A stretch of DNA of 64,000 nucleotides from assembly GCF_030684315.1 (NCBI RefSeq), contig NC_081394.1, positions 6,244,658-6,308,657 of the forward strand. Direction: 5' to 3'. This DNA is from Stegostoma tigrinum (taxonomy: Eukaryota). This document shows, one piece after another, positions 37,773-50,929 of the stretch; positions within the stretch are counted from its first letter, which is position 1; each line of letters opens with the position of its first letter. The position numbers and the translations under genes are program-made. The notes beneath the pieces were generated by a model that was not told where the DNA came from, did not search any database, and saw only the letters and a list, made by a program, of their open reading frames with translations.

Positions 37773-38019
37773 GGTTCGCAGGAGAACATGATGGTTACTG
37801 ACCCTTAGAACACAACCAGGGACACAACTAGAGATGGGGAGACACCAGCTTCCCCAGGATGTCTTTGAGAGTCCAGTGGGAAGAGATGCTGGACAGCAAG
37901 ACAGAACTAAAGACCTTCTCTATGTCAACATCAACATATCAAAGCCACCCGGCAGAGACAGGGCTGTGCACAGGGGTGAGACCAAAGAATATGAAGACAT
38001 CAGATTCCACCCAAAGTGA
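37773..38019 (+). pseudogene. Orphan Siglec-like terminal exon (LLYVNI, KEYEDI) with 3' UTR to ~38380
   Basis: ttctctgtag|GGT TCG CAG...; inverted paralog of 4914-5160; in-frame TAG and 1-nt insertion; no parent exons seen upstream on the plus strand. Confidence 0.85.
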
Positions 38020-40582
38020 GAGAGAAAAACAGGGACAGGGTGTTAGAGATGTGTGTAGTCATTATGATTTAGTAATAATGAAGAGAAAATGACAATGCTC
38101 AACTTTGTTGTTCATTCTGAATATGCTTTCCAAATGCTGCATCTTTTTCATGCGGTCAGAGATTGTACGAAGCTTACGAATTGTGTATAATTTTACAGAT
38201 ACTAAGTGAAGCAATTATGATGAAGCTTCACAATATCTGATTGTCATTTGGGAAGGTGGATTCTGATGTGTAGGGCTTATGTTTGATTTGCATTTCTATT
38301 CTGTGTGTTGAGAGGGGGGAGGATAGGCTTTTAATTTCATTTTGGACATTCTCTGTAAGTGGCTTCATGGTGCCTGATGATTTTGAGTTTTCCCAGCACT
38401 TTCTGATTTTATTTCTTATTGTCCGCATCTGATTTTCTTTATTTTTTTTAGCTTAGTAAAAACCTGTTTATTGATCTGGACAGCTCTTTGCCACGGAGAA
38501 ATTGTTGAAAATAATTGTGAATTGAGAAATCAGTACAAAAATTGAATGAAGTGTGCACTGGATCCAAGAAAAATATTGAGAGAAGGTGCTGCAGGAAAAA
38601 GGTGTCATGAGCTTTATTGAATGGGAATCTGCTATTATAATATCAGATTAATATCTAGAATGATGATGTAGGTCATTTGGGGATTTTGAGAATCACTTTT
38701 TTTTTGTTCTGGGTTAAGAACAAAGCCAAAGCCTGGGTAAAGACAAAAAATGTGAAATTCTGAGAGAAATAGGAATGAGTTTGAGGTTTTGGTGTTGGAA
38801 TAGGCAGCCTTAAACTGAGCCAGTGAGTGCAAATGTGAGGGAGACAAGAAAAAAGATGATCTGGAGAAGCTGGTGGAAAGCAAGAGTAGATGATTCGGGA
38901 AAGTATCCAAACTGAAGAAACAACCACAGAAGATTGAGTACAGTTTAAAAGTGTGGCTGAGACTCAACTGTTTTTGAGAGACTGTACTCTAATATAACCA
39001 GATTTTGTTTGAGTTCATCACCATTGCAGAAGACCTCTTTGGACACATCCAAGTTTTTGATCCATTTGCACTGGACAGCCTTTTAAAATTTAAGTTAAAT
39101 TGCGTAAATTAAATAAACACTCTTTGTTGAATCCATTGCTTTAAAAGTAGAATAACCTCATAATTTATACAATAAACAAATCAAAGGAGCCCCTCCAAAG
39201 CATATCACATCGTGATAATGAAATACATTCAATAATATATTCAAACATAATAAATATCTTAAATTTTGAAAACCTCTTCATTCTCTTACCATTACACTTT
39301 TCCTTAATTATAAATGCACTGGAAATTTTACAATTTCGTTTGGTCGTAATTCTTGCTTATTGTAATACTGGACATAAAAATTTGAAAGTGTAACATGGTT
39401 TGATGGATCACAAGTTTTATTTTCGGAGCTATTTTACTGTGATCCTTAGTTAGACAAAATTTCATTTTGAGATTGCAGTTCTTTATCAAGGCATCACATA
39501 CAGGAAAGTAACAAACATATGTATATTGCAACATAAACAGCAAAAAACAATAGTTTCTCAGCAATATCCTTAACAAACATTCAGTCCCAGTGATATCTAT
39601 TTCTAACTTTAACTTTCTTAACAGTTGGTCTGGAGATTTCTTTCCAGTTCTGGGGTTCCAGTTCTGAAAGCCACTCCTACAAACTCTCTGAACTTGGAGA
39701 GTGTACAAGTTAATACATTTATTTTCTTCTCGGATGAAACAATGCTTCTAACGGAAATCATACTCTGCTGAAATCAGTCTACTATGGACCCCAACTATTT
39801 GTTTTTTTCTACTTGTGATAGAAATGCAAAGTAATCATAATCCTACCAGATTATGGGACTGCTCTTTCATTTGACAGAAATGACTTGTGGTGGTTTAACC
39901 TGAGAGTCACCACACCTCAGGTGAAGGGAGAAGTTTAGAAGGAGAATCTTACACCGTAACCTCAGCCAGCGTGTGAGTTGAACTCAGGCTATTTGCATCA
40001 CTTGCATTGCAAACCAAGTATCTCGCCAACTGAGCTAACAAACCCCAAAGCCATAAAAATCAGCACAGTAAATACTTTGATATAGTAAGTGCTGCAGATT
40101 CTGGAGTCAGAGATAACACAGTGTGGAGCTGAAGGAACGCAGCAGGCCAGGCAGCATCAGAGGAGCAGGAAAGTTGACATTTCAGGTTGGGACCCTTCAA
40201 ATACTTCGGCAATTGACTTCATTGTGTCTTGTGAGACACTCAGCCTAAGTCCTAATGCCATTGGAAATAATATATTTATTTCACTTTTCCAAACTACACT
40301 CTAACCTTTAAAGAAAATTGTTTCTCAGAACAGAGATCACAAATTTATTTCACCACTACTTTAAATTAAAATTCCCAAACGATCTTTGCATGCTCAGCAG
40401 AATTTTGTCTCATTAGTAATACTGATAGAACTCTCTCATTCTTTGCATCTGCTTTCTCACCCGACCCTCCCTTATCATTAACATTTCGTAACTATTTCTC
40501 TGTCATGCCTTACTGTAGCCTTTTTGCACTGTCACTAATTGCTTCCTTCTGACTATGTACAAATCAATATTGTTGTTAATAT

Positions 40583-40808
40583 GTGATAGTGATAATGGGA
40601 ACTGCAGATGCTGGAGAATCCAAGATAACGAAGTGTGAAGCTGGATGAACACAGCAGGTCAAGCAGCATCTCAGGAGCACAAAAGCTGACATTTTGGGCC
40701 TAGACCCTTCATCAGAGAGCTGATGAAGGGTCTAGGCCCGAAACGTCAGCTTTTATGCTCCTGAGATGCTGCTTGGCCTGCTGTGTTCATCCAACTTCAC
40801 ACTTTGTT
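40583..40808. mobile_element. Palindromic Penelope-derived mini-element with back-to-back hammerhead cores
   Basis: ~90-bp inverted arms centred near 40717; intact core CTGATGA...GAAACGTC at 40720-40747; 16-bp TSD atattgttgttaatat (40567-40582 and 40809-40824). Confidence 0.9.
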
Positions 40809-41599
40809 ATATTGTTGTTAATATCCTGTGTTTGCCTCTGTTCACCAGCTCTGTGATCATTGATTCTAATCTCATGGTCAGTTTGTTCAAAGTTACAGCC
40901 TCTGTGAATACTTGAATGTTGCTAGACATCACCCAAGATTCCACTTATTCACTGATACTGTTGCCTGCTATCATCTACAACATGGGATTGAACATATATG
41001 AACGTCTCTTCCAGATCCATCTCAGAAGACTGGAAATTCCTTCTCCTGTAGTTATAAAGTGTAATGCTAGATGGCGTCATTGATTGATAAATGATACACA
41101 ATAGCAGCACTGCCATTTATAGGTGATATAATTCCAGCAGATGTGATGCAAAGTGGTAGAACATCACCAAAATCAAGGTCGAAGTAGTCACAAAACAAAT
41201 GAGTGATGAAGAATAAAGATTTTGGTCCAGAGTTGGTGCAAGAATAAAGGTCAGCTCTGGCTGAAGGCAAGAGCATAAAACAAAAATAGAGACAGGGATG
41301 AACGATCAAGAATGAGGCCAGCTTATAGTCTGAAGGCTCAACAGCTTCTGATGGTCTTGTTTCTCCCCTTGGCACAGAGATGTGATTCTAATTCGTCCAG
41401 GCAAGAATAACCCAGTAAGTAACTGTTCCATGATCAGATCAACAATAATCATCACTATTGTGAGGCAGATCCTGCAAGGACGGAAAAGGGGATTCCACAG
41501 CAGTAACAATGAAAAAAAAAAGTCTGAAATAATACCAAGCACAGCAGCAAAACAAAATGACACTGACATAAAACAGTGCCAATTGTGATAACAACTTAC

Positions 41600-41669
41600 C
41601 AGTAATTCCAACAGCTGCACACACAGGGAAGTAAATAGCTTGTATCCAAATGATGACAAAATCTCCCAT
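41600..41669 (-). pseudogene. First coding exon of a GPR139-like GPCR; second exon not found in the window
   Basis: MGDFVIIWIQAIYFPVCAAVGIT G|gtaagt (phase 1) fits the family exon-1 pattern IxxIYYPxxAAxG(V/I)P; TATAAA at 41735-41740 on the same strand. Confidence 0.65.
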
Positions 41670-42679
41670 TCCTGTGAGAAGCAGCTTCTGTGTGCCAGCA
41701 GCCCACTGCATTGGCATGCACTCGATTTCAATTGTTTATAATGGGTCCTGACTTATACAGAGAATAGCTCTTCACTGATATGGATATATCTCTGAGCATT
41801 GTTATAAATTACATTCACTTGAACAAACAGCTCTGAGTTAATGTCGTAATTTGCTGACTGCAAAGTAAACACTACAATGTTGAGGATATTTTTCTATTTA
41901 AACATCTCTTGGGAACAAACTCAAACGTTGTGCTCTTACAGGAATGGTTTCACTCACAGTTTTACATCAATGTATTTACAATGTTCATTTCTGCGCGTTA
42001 CATTGTGAATATTACTGGTTTCTCTGTAGTTTATAATGAATCTGATGACATAAGCAGATGCATTTCACTCTGTTGCTGCAGTTCTCCCCTGTTAACATAT
42101 GAGCTTTGATTCTCCAACCCTGTGAAGTTACAGACCATGTGCAGGATTACTGTGGCTGATATGAAGGTATGGAGGATGGATGAGTTCCCAAGACATTTCT
42201 GTCTTCACTAACACCAGACATGTTTCCTTCTTCGTCCATGTGTTAAACACAGGAGTAGGAGTAAGCCACTCAATCCCATTTTGGTATCCAATGAGATCAT
42301 GGCTGATCTGTTGTCTAACTCCACATCCCTATGGCATTTGACCCCAGTCCCTTGACACCTTTGCTTTAGGTATCTCTCTCAGATGTAAAACAAACAACTG
42401 ATCCTGCATCATCTGCCATTTGTGGAAGAGAGTTCCAAACATATCCCACACATTGTGCCTAGAAGCGCTTTCTAACATCTCTCCTGAATGTTCTGGCCCT
42501 AATTCTGAGATTGTGGCCCCTAGTTGGAGAATCTCAAAGTAGTGGAAATAGACTATCATTACCTACCCTGTCTTTTCCTGTTAAAGCCTTCAATCAGATT
42601 TTAAATCCTCAAGTAAAATTAGAAATAATGCCTTACAAAATTTGCTGATAATGCCAAACACAGCGGTACAGCAACACGA

Positions 42680-43031
42680 CAGAATCCCTACAGTGTGGAA
42701 ACAGGCCATTTGGAAACAAGCCCACACCATCCCTCCAAAGAGAATCCCACCCAGACCCATTCCCCCCTACACTTTCCCTGTAAGCCTGCATTTTTCATGT
42801 CTAACACGCTTAACTTACACAGCCCTGGGCACTACGGGCAATTTAGCATGGCTAATCCACCGACTTGGCATATCTTTGGACTGCGGGAGAAAGCCTGAAC
42901 ACCCAGCAGAAACCCACGCGGACATAGGGAGAATGTGTAAACTCCATATAGACAGTCTCCTGAACGTGGAACTAAAGCCGGGTCCCTGGCGCTGTGAGGC
43001 AGCAGTACTAAATACTGAGCCACTGTGCTGC
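42680..43031 (-). mobile_element. HE1-like V-SINE
   Basis: V-SINE core and tRNA-like head on the minus strand. Confidence 0.8.
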
Positions 43032-43084
43032 CAATCAACTGCTGCAGGGTATAGACAGATACATCGGGCACTGTAGCTCACTTC

Positions 43085-43900
43085 TTGCATCAGGAGCGAC
43101 TTGGAAGAAATCCATTTTTTTCAGGTGGCAAAGACATTGAGACATCTGCTATGCTCAGCTCTGGTTCTCAGGTAAATTCAATGCTTAGTGAAGGACAAGA
43201 CCCCAAGGGTTCTGGAACAGTCAGAAAGGCCGCTGAGTTGCTTGGCACACTTTGCTACTGCGCTGTTTGTGCGTTTGCGGCTTTCATATGGTCCACATGC
43301 TTTTTCAGGGCCATCACACCTAGCTGAACTTTAAATATCATCAGCCTGTCCTCACACTGACCATGTCTGTTACCCATGCGGGGCTATTCCTGTCGTTTCT
43401 ACACCAAGCTTTATCCCCTGAACTAAACTATCTCTCTCACTTAATGGAGTCTTGTGTCTGCCATTGGTGTTTCTGAAGCCCTTTCGCACTCTCCCCACCC
43501 CAGGTCCAAGAAGATCATATTTAACCTGGTGCAGAGTCTTCTCCCCATTAACTCTGCTGGAGCTATTCCTGTAGTTGCTTGGGTTGGGGGGGTGGGGATG
43601 TTGATCCTATAAACAAATAGGAAGTAGGACAGTTTGGTGTCTTGTGAAACTGTAAATTGTTTCTTTAAATCTGCCTTCAAAGTTTGGACTGCTGTTTCTG
43701 CCAGACCATTGGATGACGCATGGTTTAGAGCTGTCCTTATATGTTGAATACCATTAAACTTTAGGAAATACTCAAATTCCCTGCTGAGGAATGATGACCT
43801 GTTATCTGGGACCAACTCCTCTTGGAGTCCATGTATTGTATTGCAAAAGATGCATACAATTTTCTATCATCATCCCCGTGTTAGATGAATGAATTCATCA
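43085..43900 (-). mobile_element. Gypsy-type LTR retrotransposon integrase remnant
   Basis: VPDNRSSFLSREFEYFLKFNGIQHIRTALNHASSNGLAETAVQTLK (integrase core, D...E). Confidence 0.8.
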
Positions 43901-44570
43901 GTGTTTCAGAGCAAAACAGCTACCCCCATTTCTCTCAAGCCTGCTTCACATTTTCACAAAGATAGTCCATGAAGTTGAAGACCTTGAGAGATGTACAGTG
44001 TGAATGCATTGATAGAAAATGCTACTTTGTACAATGTCAGTAAACTCGGCAAAAGTATAACGAGGACATAATGAGAAATACTGCAAGTAAGTGAGAACAA
44101 GAGACAAAAGTAGAAATTACTGGAAAAGCAGGTCTGGCAGCATCTGTGGAGAGAAATCAGAGTTAATATTTTGGGTTCAGTGACCCTTCCTCAGAACCAA
44201 CGGTAGCTAGGAAAATGTCAGTTTATATGCAGAAGACAGGATGGTGGGAGGGGCTATGGAATAAACCATAGGTGAGGATAGAGCCCAAAGAGAGAAAAGA
44301 AGTCAGACAGACAAGGGTGTAGATAATATAGATAATAATCTGACTAGGAAGGCGAATAGCTGTTAATGTGAACTGTTAGTGGTTCACAGTGGGTAGTGTG
44401 TAATGGCAGGCTATGTGATAACAAGGCCTGGTTGTAGGGGTTGCGGTAAGGACATGGGAGAGCTCAAGACCTAATGTTATTGCAATCAATATTGAGTCCA
44501 GAAGGTTGCAGGGTCATAAGGCAGAAAATGAGGTGTTGTTCCTCCAGTTGTGCTGAGCTTCACTGAAACA

Positions 44571-45376
44571 CTGAGAGGTGGCAAATGGAGTTTAATGCAG
44601 ACAAGTGTGAGGTGATGCACTTTGGTAGGAGTAACCAGAAGGCAAAGTCCTGGGCTAATGGTAAGATTCTTAGTAGTGAAGATGAGCAGAGAGATCTCGG
44701 TGTCCATGTACACAGATCCTTGAAAGTTGCCACCCAGGTTGACAGGGCTTTTAAGAAGGCATACAGTGTTTTAGCTTTTATTAATAGAGGGATCGAGTTC
44801 CAGAACCAAGAGGTTATGGTGAAGCTGTACAAAACTCTGGTGCGGCCGCACTTGGGGTATTGTGTACAGTTCTGCTCACTGCATAATGAGAAGGATGTGG
44901 AAGTTTTGGAAAGGGTGCAGAGGAGATTTACTAGGATGTTGCCTGGTATGGAGGGAAGGTCTTACGAGGAAAGGCTGAGGGACTTGAGGCTGTTTTCATT
45001 AGAGAGAAGAAGGTTGAGAGGTGACTTAATTGAAACATATAAAATAATCAGAGCGTTAGATAGGGTGGATAGGGAGAGTCTTTCTCCTAGGATGGTGACG
45101 GCGAGCACGAGGGGGCATAGCTTGAAATTGAGGGGTGAAAGATATAGGACAGATGTCAGAGGTAGTTTCTTTACTCAGAGAGTAGTAAGGGAATGGAACG
45201 CTTTGCCTGCAACGGGAGTAGATTCGCCAACTTTAGGTACATTTAAGTCGTCATTGGAGAAGCATATGGACGTACATGGAATAGTGTAGGTTAGATGGGC
45301 TTGAGATCGGTATGACAGGTCGGCACAACATCGATGGCTGAAGGGCCTGTACTGTGCTGTAATAGTCTATGTTCTC
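44571..45376 (+). mobile_element. Young CR1 LINE 3' fragment nested in an old Penelope remnant (~44100-46010)
   Basis: 234-aa open ORF2 C-terminus (MEFNADKCEVMHFG...LYKTLVRPHL); CR1 tail. Confidence 0.9.
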
Positions 45377-46160
45377 TGTTAAGTCCGAGACAGACAATAG
45401 ACAATAGACAATAGGTGCAGGAGTGGGCCATTCGGCCCTTCGAGCCAGCACCACCATTCATTATGATCATGGGTGATAATCCACAATCAGTATCCTGTTC
45501 CTGCCTTATCCCCACAACCCTTGATTTCACTATCTTTAAGAGCTCTGTCCATCCCTTTCTTGAAAGTATCCAGAGGTGTTGGCCAGAGAACCGGGTGTTA
45601 TGTTGAAGTGGCAAGCAACTGGAGGTTCAGGGTCTTTTTTTACAAACAGAATACAAGTGTTCTGCAAAGCAGTCACCCAGTTTATGTTTTGTTTCTTCAA
45701 TGCAAAGGAGACATTGTGAGCAGTGAATGTAGTGGACTAGATCATGTGACGTTCAGTGTAAAGTGCTGCTTCAATTGGAAGGTGAGTTTGGATCCTTGGA
45801 TACTGAGGGAGGAAGGAAGCAAATAGGTGTTCAAGCTTCAGCAGTTGCAGGGGAAGGTGCTGTGAGGCTGTGGCGAGGTGTTGGGAGTGAAAGGAGAGTG
45901 GACCAGGGTGTCCCAGAGGGAACAGTCCCTGAAGAAGGTTGACAAGGGAGGGGACAGGAATATGTGTTTGGTAGTGACATCTCACTGGAGGTGGTGGAAA
46001 TGATGGTTATTGATCCTAAGGGAGAAAACAGATGATTGAATTCAACCAGAGGTTCTGTAAAGAAATAGAATTTTCCATGGGGGAATATCCGTACAACAAA
46101 ATCTGTAGGAGTGAGAAAACTGCTTTGTTGAAACTGAAAATAACATAGATAAATACATAG

Positions 46161-46984
46161 AAAAGCTGCAGAGCTGGGCTGAGAGGTGGCAAATGGGGTT
46201 TAATGCAGACAAGTGTGAGGTGATGCACTTTGGTAGGAGTAACCAGAAGGCAAAGTCCTGGGCTAATGGTAAGATTCTTAGCAGTGCAGATGAGCAGAGA
46301 GATCTCGGTATCCATGTACACAGATCCTTGAAAGTTGCCACCCAGGTTGACAGGGCTGTTAGGAAGGCATACAGTGTTTTAGCTTTTATTAATAGAGGGA
46401 TCGAGTTCCGGAACCAAGAGGTTATGCTGCAGCTGTACAAAACTCTGGTGTGGCCGCACTTGGAGTATTGCTTACAGTTCTGGTCACCGCATTATAAGAA
46501 GGATGTGGAAGCTTTGGAAAGGGTGCAGAGGAGATTTACTAGGATGTTGCCTGGTATGGAGGGAAGGTCTTACGAGGAAAGGCTGAGGGGCTTGAGGCTG
46601 TTTTCGTTAGAGAGAAGAAGGTTGAGAGGTGACTTAATTGAGACCTATAAGATAATCAAAGGGTTAGATAGGGTGGATAGGAAGAGCCTTTTTCCTAGGA
46701 TGGTGACGGCAAGCACAAGGGGGCATAGCTTTAAATTGAGGGGTGAAAGATATAGGACAGATGTCAGAGGTAGTTTCTTTACTCAGAGAGTAGTTAGGGT
46801 ATGGAACGCTTTGCCTGCAATGGTAGTAGATTCGCCAACTTTAGGTACATTTAAGTCGTCATTGGAGAAGCATATGGATGTACATGGAATAGTGTAGGTT
46901 AGATGAGCTTTAGCTTGGTATGACAGGTCAGCACAACATCAAGGGCCGAAGGGACTGCACTGTGCTGTAATGTTCTATGTTCTA
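46161..46984 (+). mobile_element. Young CR1 LINE 3' fragment
   Basis: 234-aa open ORF2 C-terminus, highly similar to 44571-45376. Confidence 0.9.
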
Positions 46985-49049
46985 AAATGTCTCTGTTCAT
47001 ATATTTTCGCTTTCTTCATCCATGTCATTAATATATACTAACAAAATTATGTCTTCAGCATGGACTCTTGTCAAATACAGTCATTGTAGGTTGCCATCCT
47101 GAAAATGGACCCACTATTCCAACCTTTTGTCTTCTATCCAAGTTCATGTACAACCACCAATACATAGGCTCTTATCCTTTTAAGTGGCTGAATGTGATAA
47201 TTTGCTACGTGGCTTCTGAAAATCTAAATATATTCCATTCAGTGTTTCACCTTTACCTATTCTGCTTGATACCTCTTGAAAAATAGGAGCACTTGTCATG
47301 GGGAGTACTGTTACTTCCAAATCTGCAGGAATGAGAACATTTCTCTGATCACAAAACAGAGTTTGCATTTTTCATTAAAGGCATTTAAAGGCCTTTGCAC
47401 TTCAATAGGCATTAAAGTCTTGAAGCACATGTCACACAGATCTCCTTGAGTTTATCCGAATGACAACACTGACTTTATTTGCGCTTAAAACAAAATTAAA
47501 CAGATTTCCAAGTTCTGTAATGCGCATGTGCATAAACAAGCGCATACACACTGATATATAAGCAGTGTGAAAGGGCACAGGGAAAATAGAACGATTGGAA
47601 ATTTGAGGGGAATGTACTGAAAGTCGGTGTTGTTTGTTCAGATACTGAAAGTAGTATCCACCTTACAGAGACTGCACTGGTTAAAGAAGCTTGTTCACTA
47701 ATATCATTCTTATGAGCAACTCTGAATGGACAAGCAATGTTGTTCCTTTCATCGACGATCACGTTTAATAATGAAAGTAATGATGAAGTAGTCATTGAAA
47801 TGTTAAAGTGATTGCATGAGGAGGTCATGACACCAGGAATCAGCTGTTTAAATATTAAAATAATAAATTTGAAATTGGCTAAGCATGTTGTGCTGAATAT
47901 TTATTTTTATCATTCATGCTATGAACTGTGAAGGTCAGCATTCTGTAGGAATATAGCATTCAGGGTAGAGTCAGTCGCAACTGTTTGTTACTTTGGGATG
48001 TCCCAAAACATCAATTATGTATCGTTTTGCCCAGAAATGGAAGCTGGTCTAATTGCAAATTTTTGTCTGATCTGTTCAGGACGGGTCTTGGAAAGAGAGT
48101 TTCGAGATGGAAGGCGGTGAGGCTGGAAGTTATTGAGTCCATCACAATGAATTGTATTTAGCTGTATGTCCGGGATGACAAATGAACTATTGAATGCTGG
48201 TGTGTGGAACACCGTAAGAAGGCCCAAAGGCAGCTGGCTATCACACTTGTTAGAGCTCAGGCAAGAGGTTTGAGGAGTTGTCTGGCAGCTGATGATGTTG
48301 ACGGGGTGCCTGACAACCTAATCAAGCTCTAGGAGATCAGCGGGAATCTGTGTATCTCATAGTTCAGTGCAAGAGAGAGTGGGTGAGGAAGCATAAGATC
48401 ATTTTCTTGATGCAACTGAGCAAGAAAAGAAGATCCTCGGTGGGGAGGATTTTGATGCAGCCCTCTGTCAAGGAGAAAAATGGCTGATCTGTACTTGTGA
48501 AGCAGCGCAGCAGTATCATTTTAGATTTACTCTGAAGGAAGGCCCAGAAGGTTAGGGTACTCAATTCAAATGGAAACATTCATTGAGGTATAGCATGATG
48601 CAATTTCTCGGCAGAACATTTCAAGGTAAGGTTGGCAAAAGTGAAGAATTGCAAACTCTTTGAAGATAAATCAGATGTACCTTTATCCAACATATCTATA
48701 CAGTCTGTGAGCATAAATTTAGAAATGTGTGCATCATGATCACATTTATGAGTTGATTATCATATCTTTTTTAATATAGTTAGATTTCATGTTATACAGG
48801 TATTGTACTATTTCTCAAATGTTGCAAAGTAAACTTTATTTTTACCTGTCTAAAACGATGTGTTGTATTTTATTGGTGTCTTAAGACTGCTGCATACCAC
48901 CCTTTGTCTCCTGTAAAACAAAAATTGTTGCCCCTCCTTAGATTATAGCATTCAGTTGGCATGCGTCCATGAACATGCTGAAAAAGCTTTCTTGTAGAAG
49001 CAGATACATTTGTTTTCTATTTGTAACTCAATTGTCATGACTTAACTGT

Positions 49050-49290
49050 TATCCTCCAACAGTGCAGCACTCCCTCAATACTGATCCTCCAACAGTGTGG
49101 TATACCCTCAGAGCTGACCCTCCAACAATGCAGTAATCCCTCAGCATTGACCCTCAGTGCAGCACTAACTCAGTACTGACCCTCTGACAGTGCAGCACTA
49201 ACTCAGTATTGACCCTCCGTCAACGTGGTACTCCCTCAGTACTGACCCTCCAGCAGCGAGACATTCTCTTAGTACTGACCCTCCAAAATT
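49050..49290 (+). repeat. 33-bp minisatellite, short array
   Basis: About 7 units of the same family. Confidence 0.85.
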
Positions 49291-50229
49291 ATAATGTTTC
49301 CACTGTTTGGTTCACACCCGCTTAGTTCTGCACCAATGCTCCTTAGACAGCATCATCGAAACCCATGGCCACTTCCACCTGGAAGGACCAGGACAACAGA
49401 TACACGGGAACATCATCCCCTGCATGTTCCCCACCAAGTCACTTAGGGAAATGGCAATAAAGTGGTTCTGCGGAATGTGTGATCGGCCATGTTCTTTTTG
49501 AATAGTGCAGCAGGCTCAAGGGGCCAAATGGCCTATTCCTGTTCCTATTGCTGATGGTCATAGATCATTCTCCGTTTTGAATTGGAAATAAATCACTCTT
49601 CTTTAAGTGTCACTGTTGAAATCCTGCAACTTCATCTCCAGCAGGTATACCTATAGCACATGGTCAGCAGCTTCACAGGGACAATTATGGACAGGCAGTG
49701 ATGCTCATAAAACTTGTGAATAAATATTCAAATAGCCCGTGTGGATTGTTAATTTGGATCTCATAAGCTGTTACGTGGCAAGATGGCAGTAGTGTGGGAC
49801 ACTTCGGTCGGAGTTCCTCTGCTTGGTGTCTCTTTACATCTTTCCCCTTTTTATCCCTCTCCTCTCTGTGGTTTTCTGTTTCTCCCCCCACCCTCTGGAG
49901 GGTGGAGTCGCAGACTGGGCATGGGGCGAGTCCTGGGGCAGACTGAAGCGGTCATAGGTTGAGTCTCACAGCGGAACCAGCACAGGCAGCTGGCGGTCTG
50001 CAGGCTCGCCCCGTGAACGCCAGAACACGGTGAGCAATGAGCCCTGGAGCAGCGCGGGGGTGAAGCTCTCCAGCAGTGCATGGGAAGCAGCCTCGGAGCA
50101 ACGTACAGGCAGAGAGTCCTGGATGGAGACTGCTGTGAGGGGACAGTCCCTACCTTACAACTTACCTTAGAATACTGTAATGCTAACCCTTAATGTTCTC
50201 CTATTTTTAACTTATTTTCAACGCTGTAA

Positions 50230-50613
50230 TTTAGATAAGATTAGATTAGATTACCTTCGGCCCAACAAGTCCACACCTCTCCTTGAAGCATCCCACCCAA
50301 ACACATTCTCCTTCCAGCTCAGCGAGCAAACTCACATCCAGAACCTCAACCTGAGCTACAAATCTTCTTAAAACTCGCTAACATTCTCCTGAACCCACAC
50401 ACCCCTGAACACTACGGGTAATTTAGAATGGCCGATCCACCTAGTCTGCAAATCTTTGTACTATGGGAGGAAACCGGAGCACCCGGAGGAAACCCACACA
50501 GACACGGGGAGAATGTGCAAACTCCACACAGACAGTCACCTGAGGCTGGAATTGAACCCGGGTCCCTGGCACTGTGAGGCTGCAGTGCTAACCACTGATC
50601 CACCGTGCCACCC
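50230..50613 (-). mobile_element. HE1-like V-SINE
   Basis: V-SINE core and head on the minus strand, interrupted by a short foreign insertion. Confidence 0.8.
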
Positions 50614-50929
50614 CAAATTAAATTAAACAACTGTTTCTATTTCTCTGCTCTATCCAAGAATTGTACTTAGGTACTTGTACATAAGATATCGCCATAAAAA
50701 CGCAGACATTGTAAAAGTTTTTCATTGTGTAAGAGTTCCATTCTTACAATGGAATACGCATTACAATAAAAGGATATTATAAAAGAATATTATATGCATT
50801 CAGATTCTGGACTGGGGGCTGTAGCAATTGAATTTCCACATCGGGGCTAGGTCAGGTATTCCATGTGAACAGCTGCCCAGCTCTGAGCTTGGGTCAGATG
50901 GTTCAACAATTTGCTTATAGTGCAAACTA

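Noticed and set aside
38400-39780. AT-rich block with 110-126 aa minus-strand ORFs; hAT transposase or decayed membrane-protein gene considered
   Set aside because: No motif, terminal inverted repeat or splice structure I can support; needs blastx
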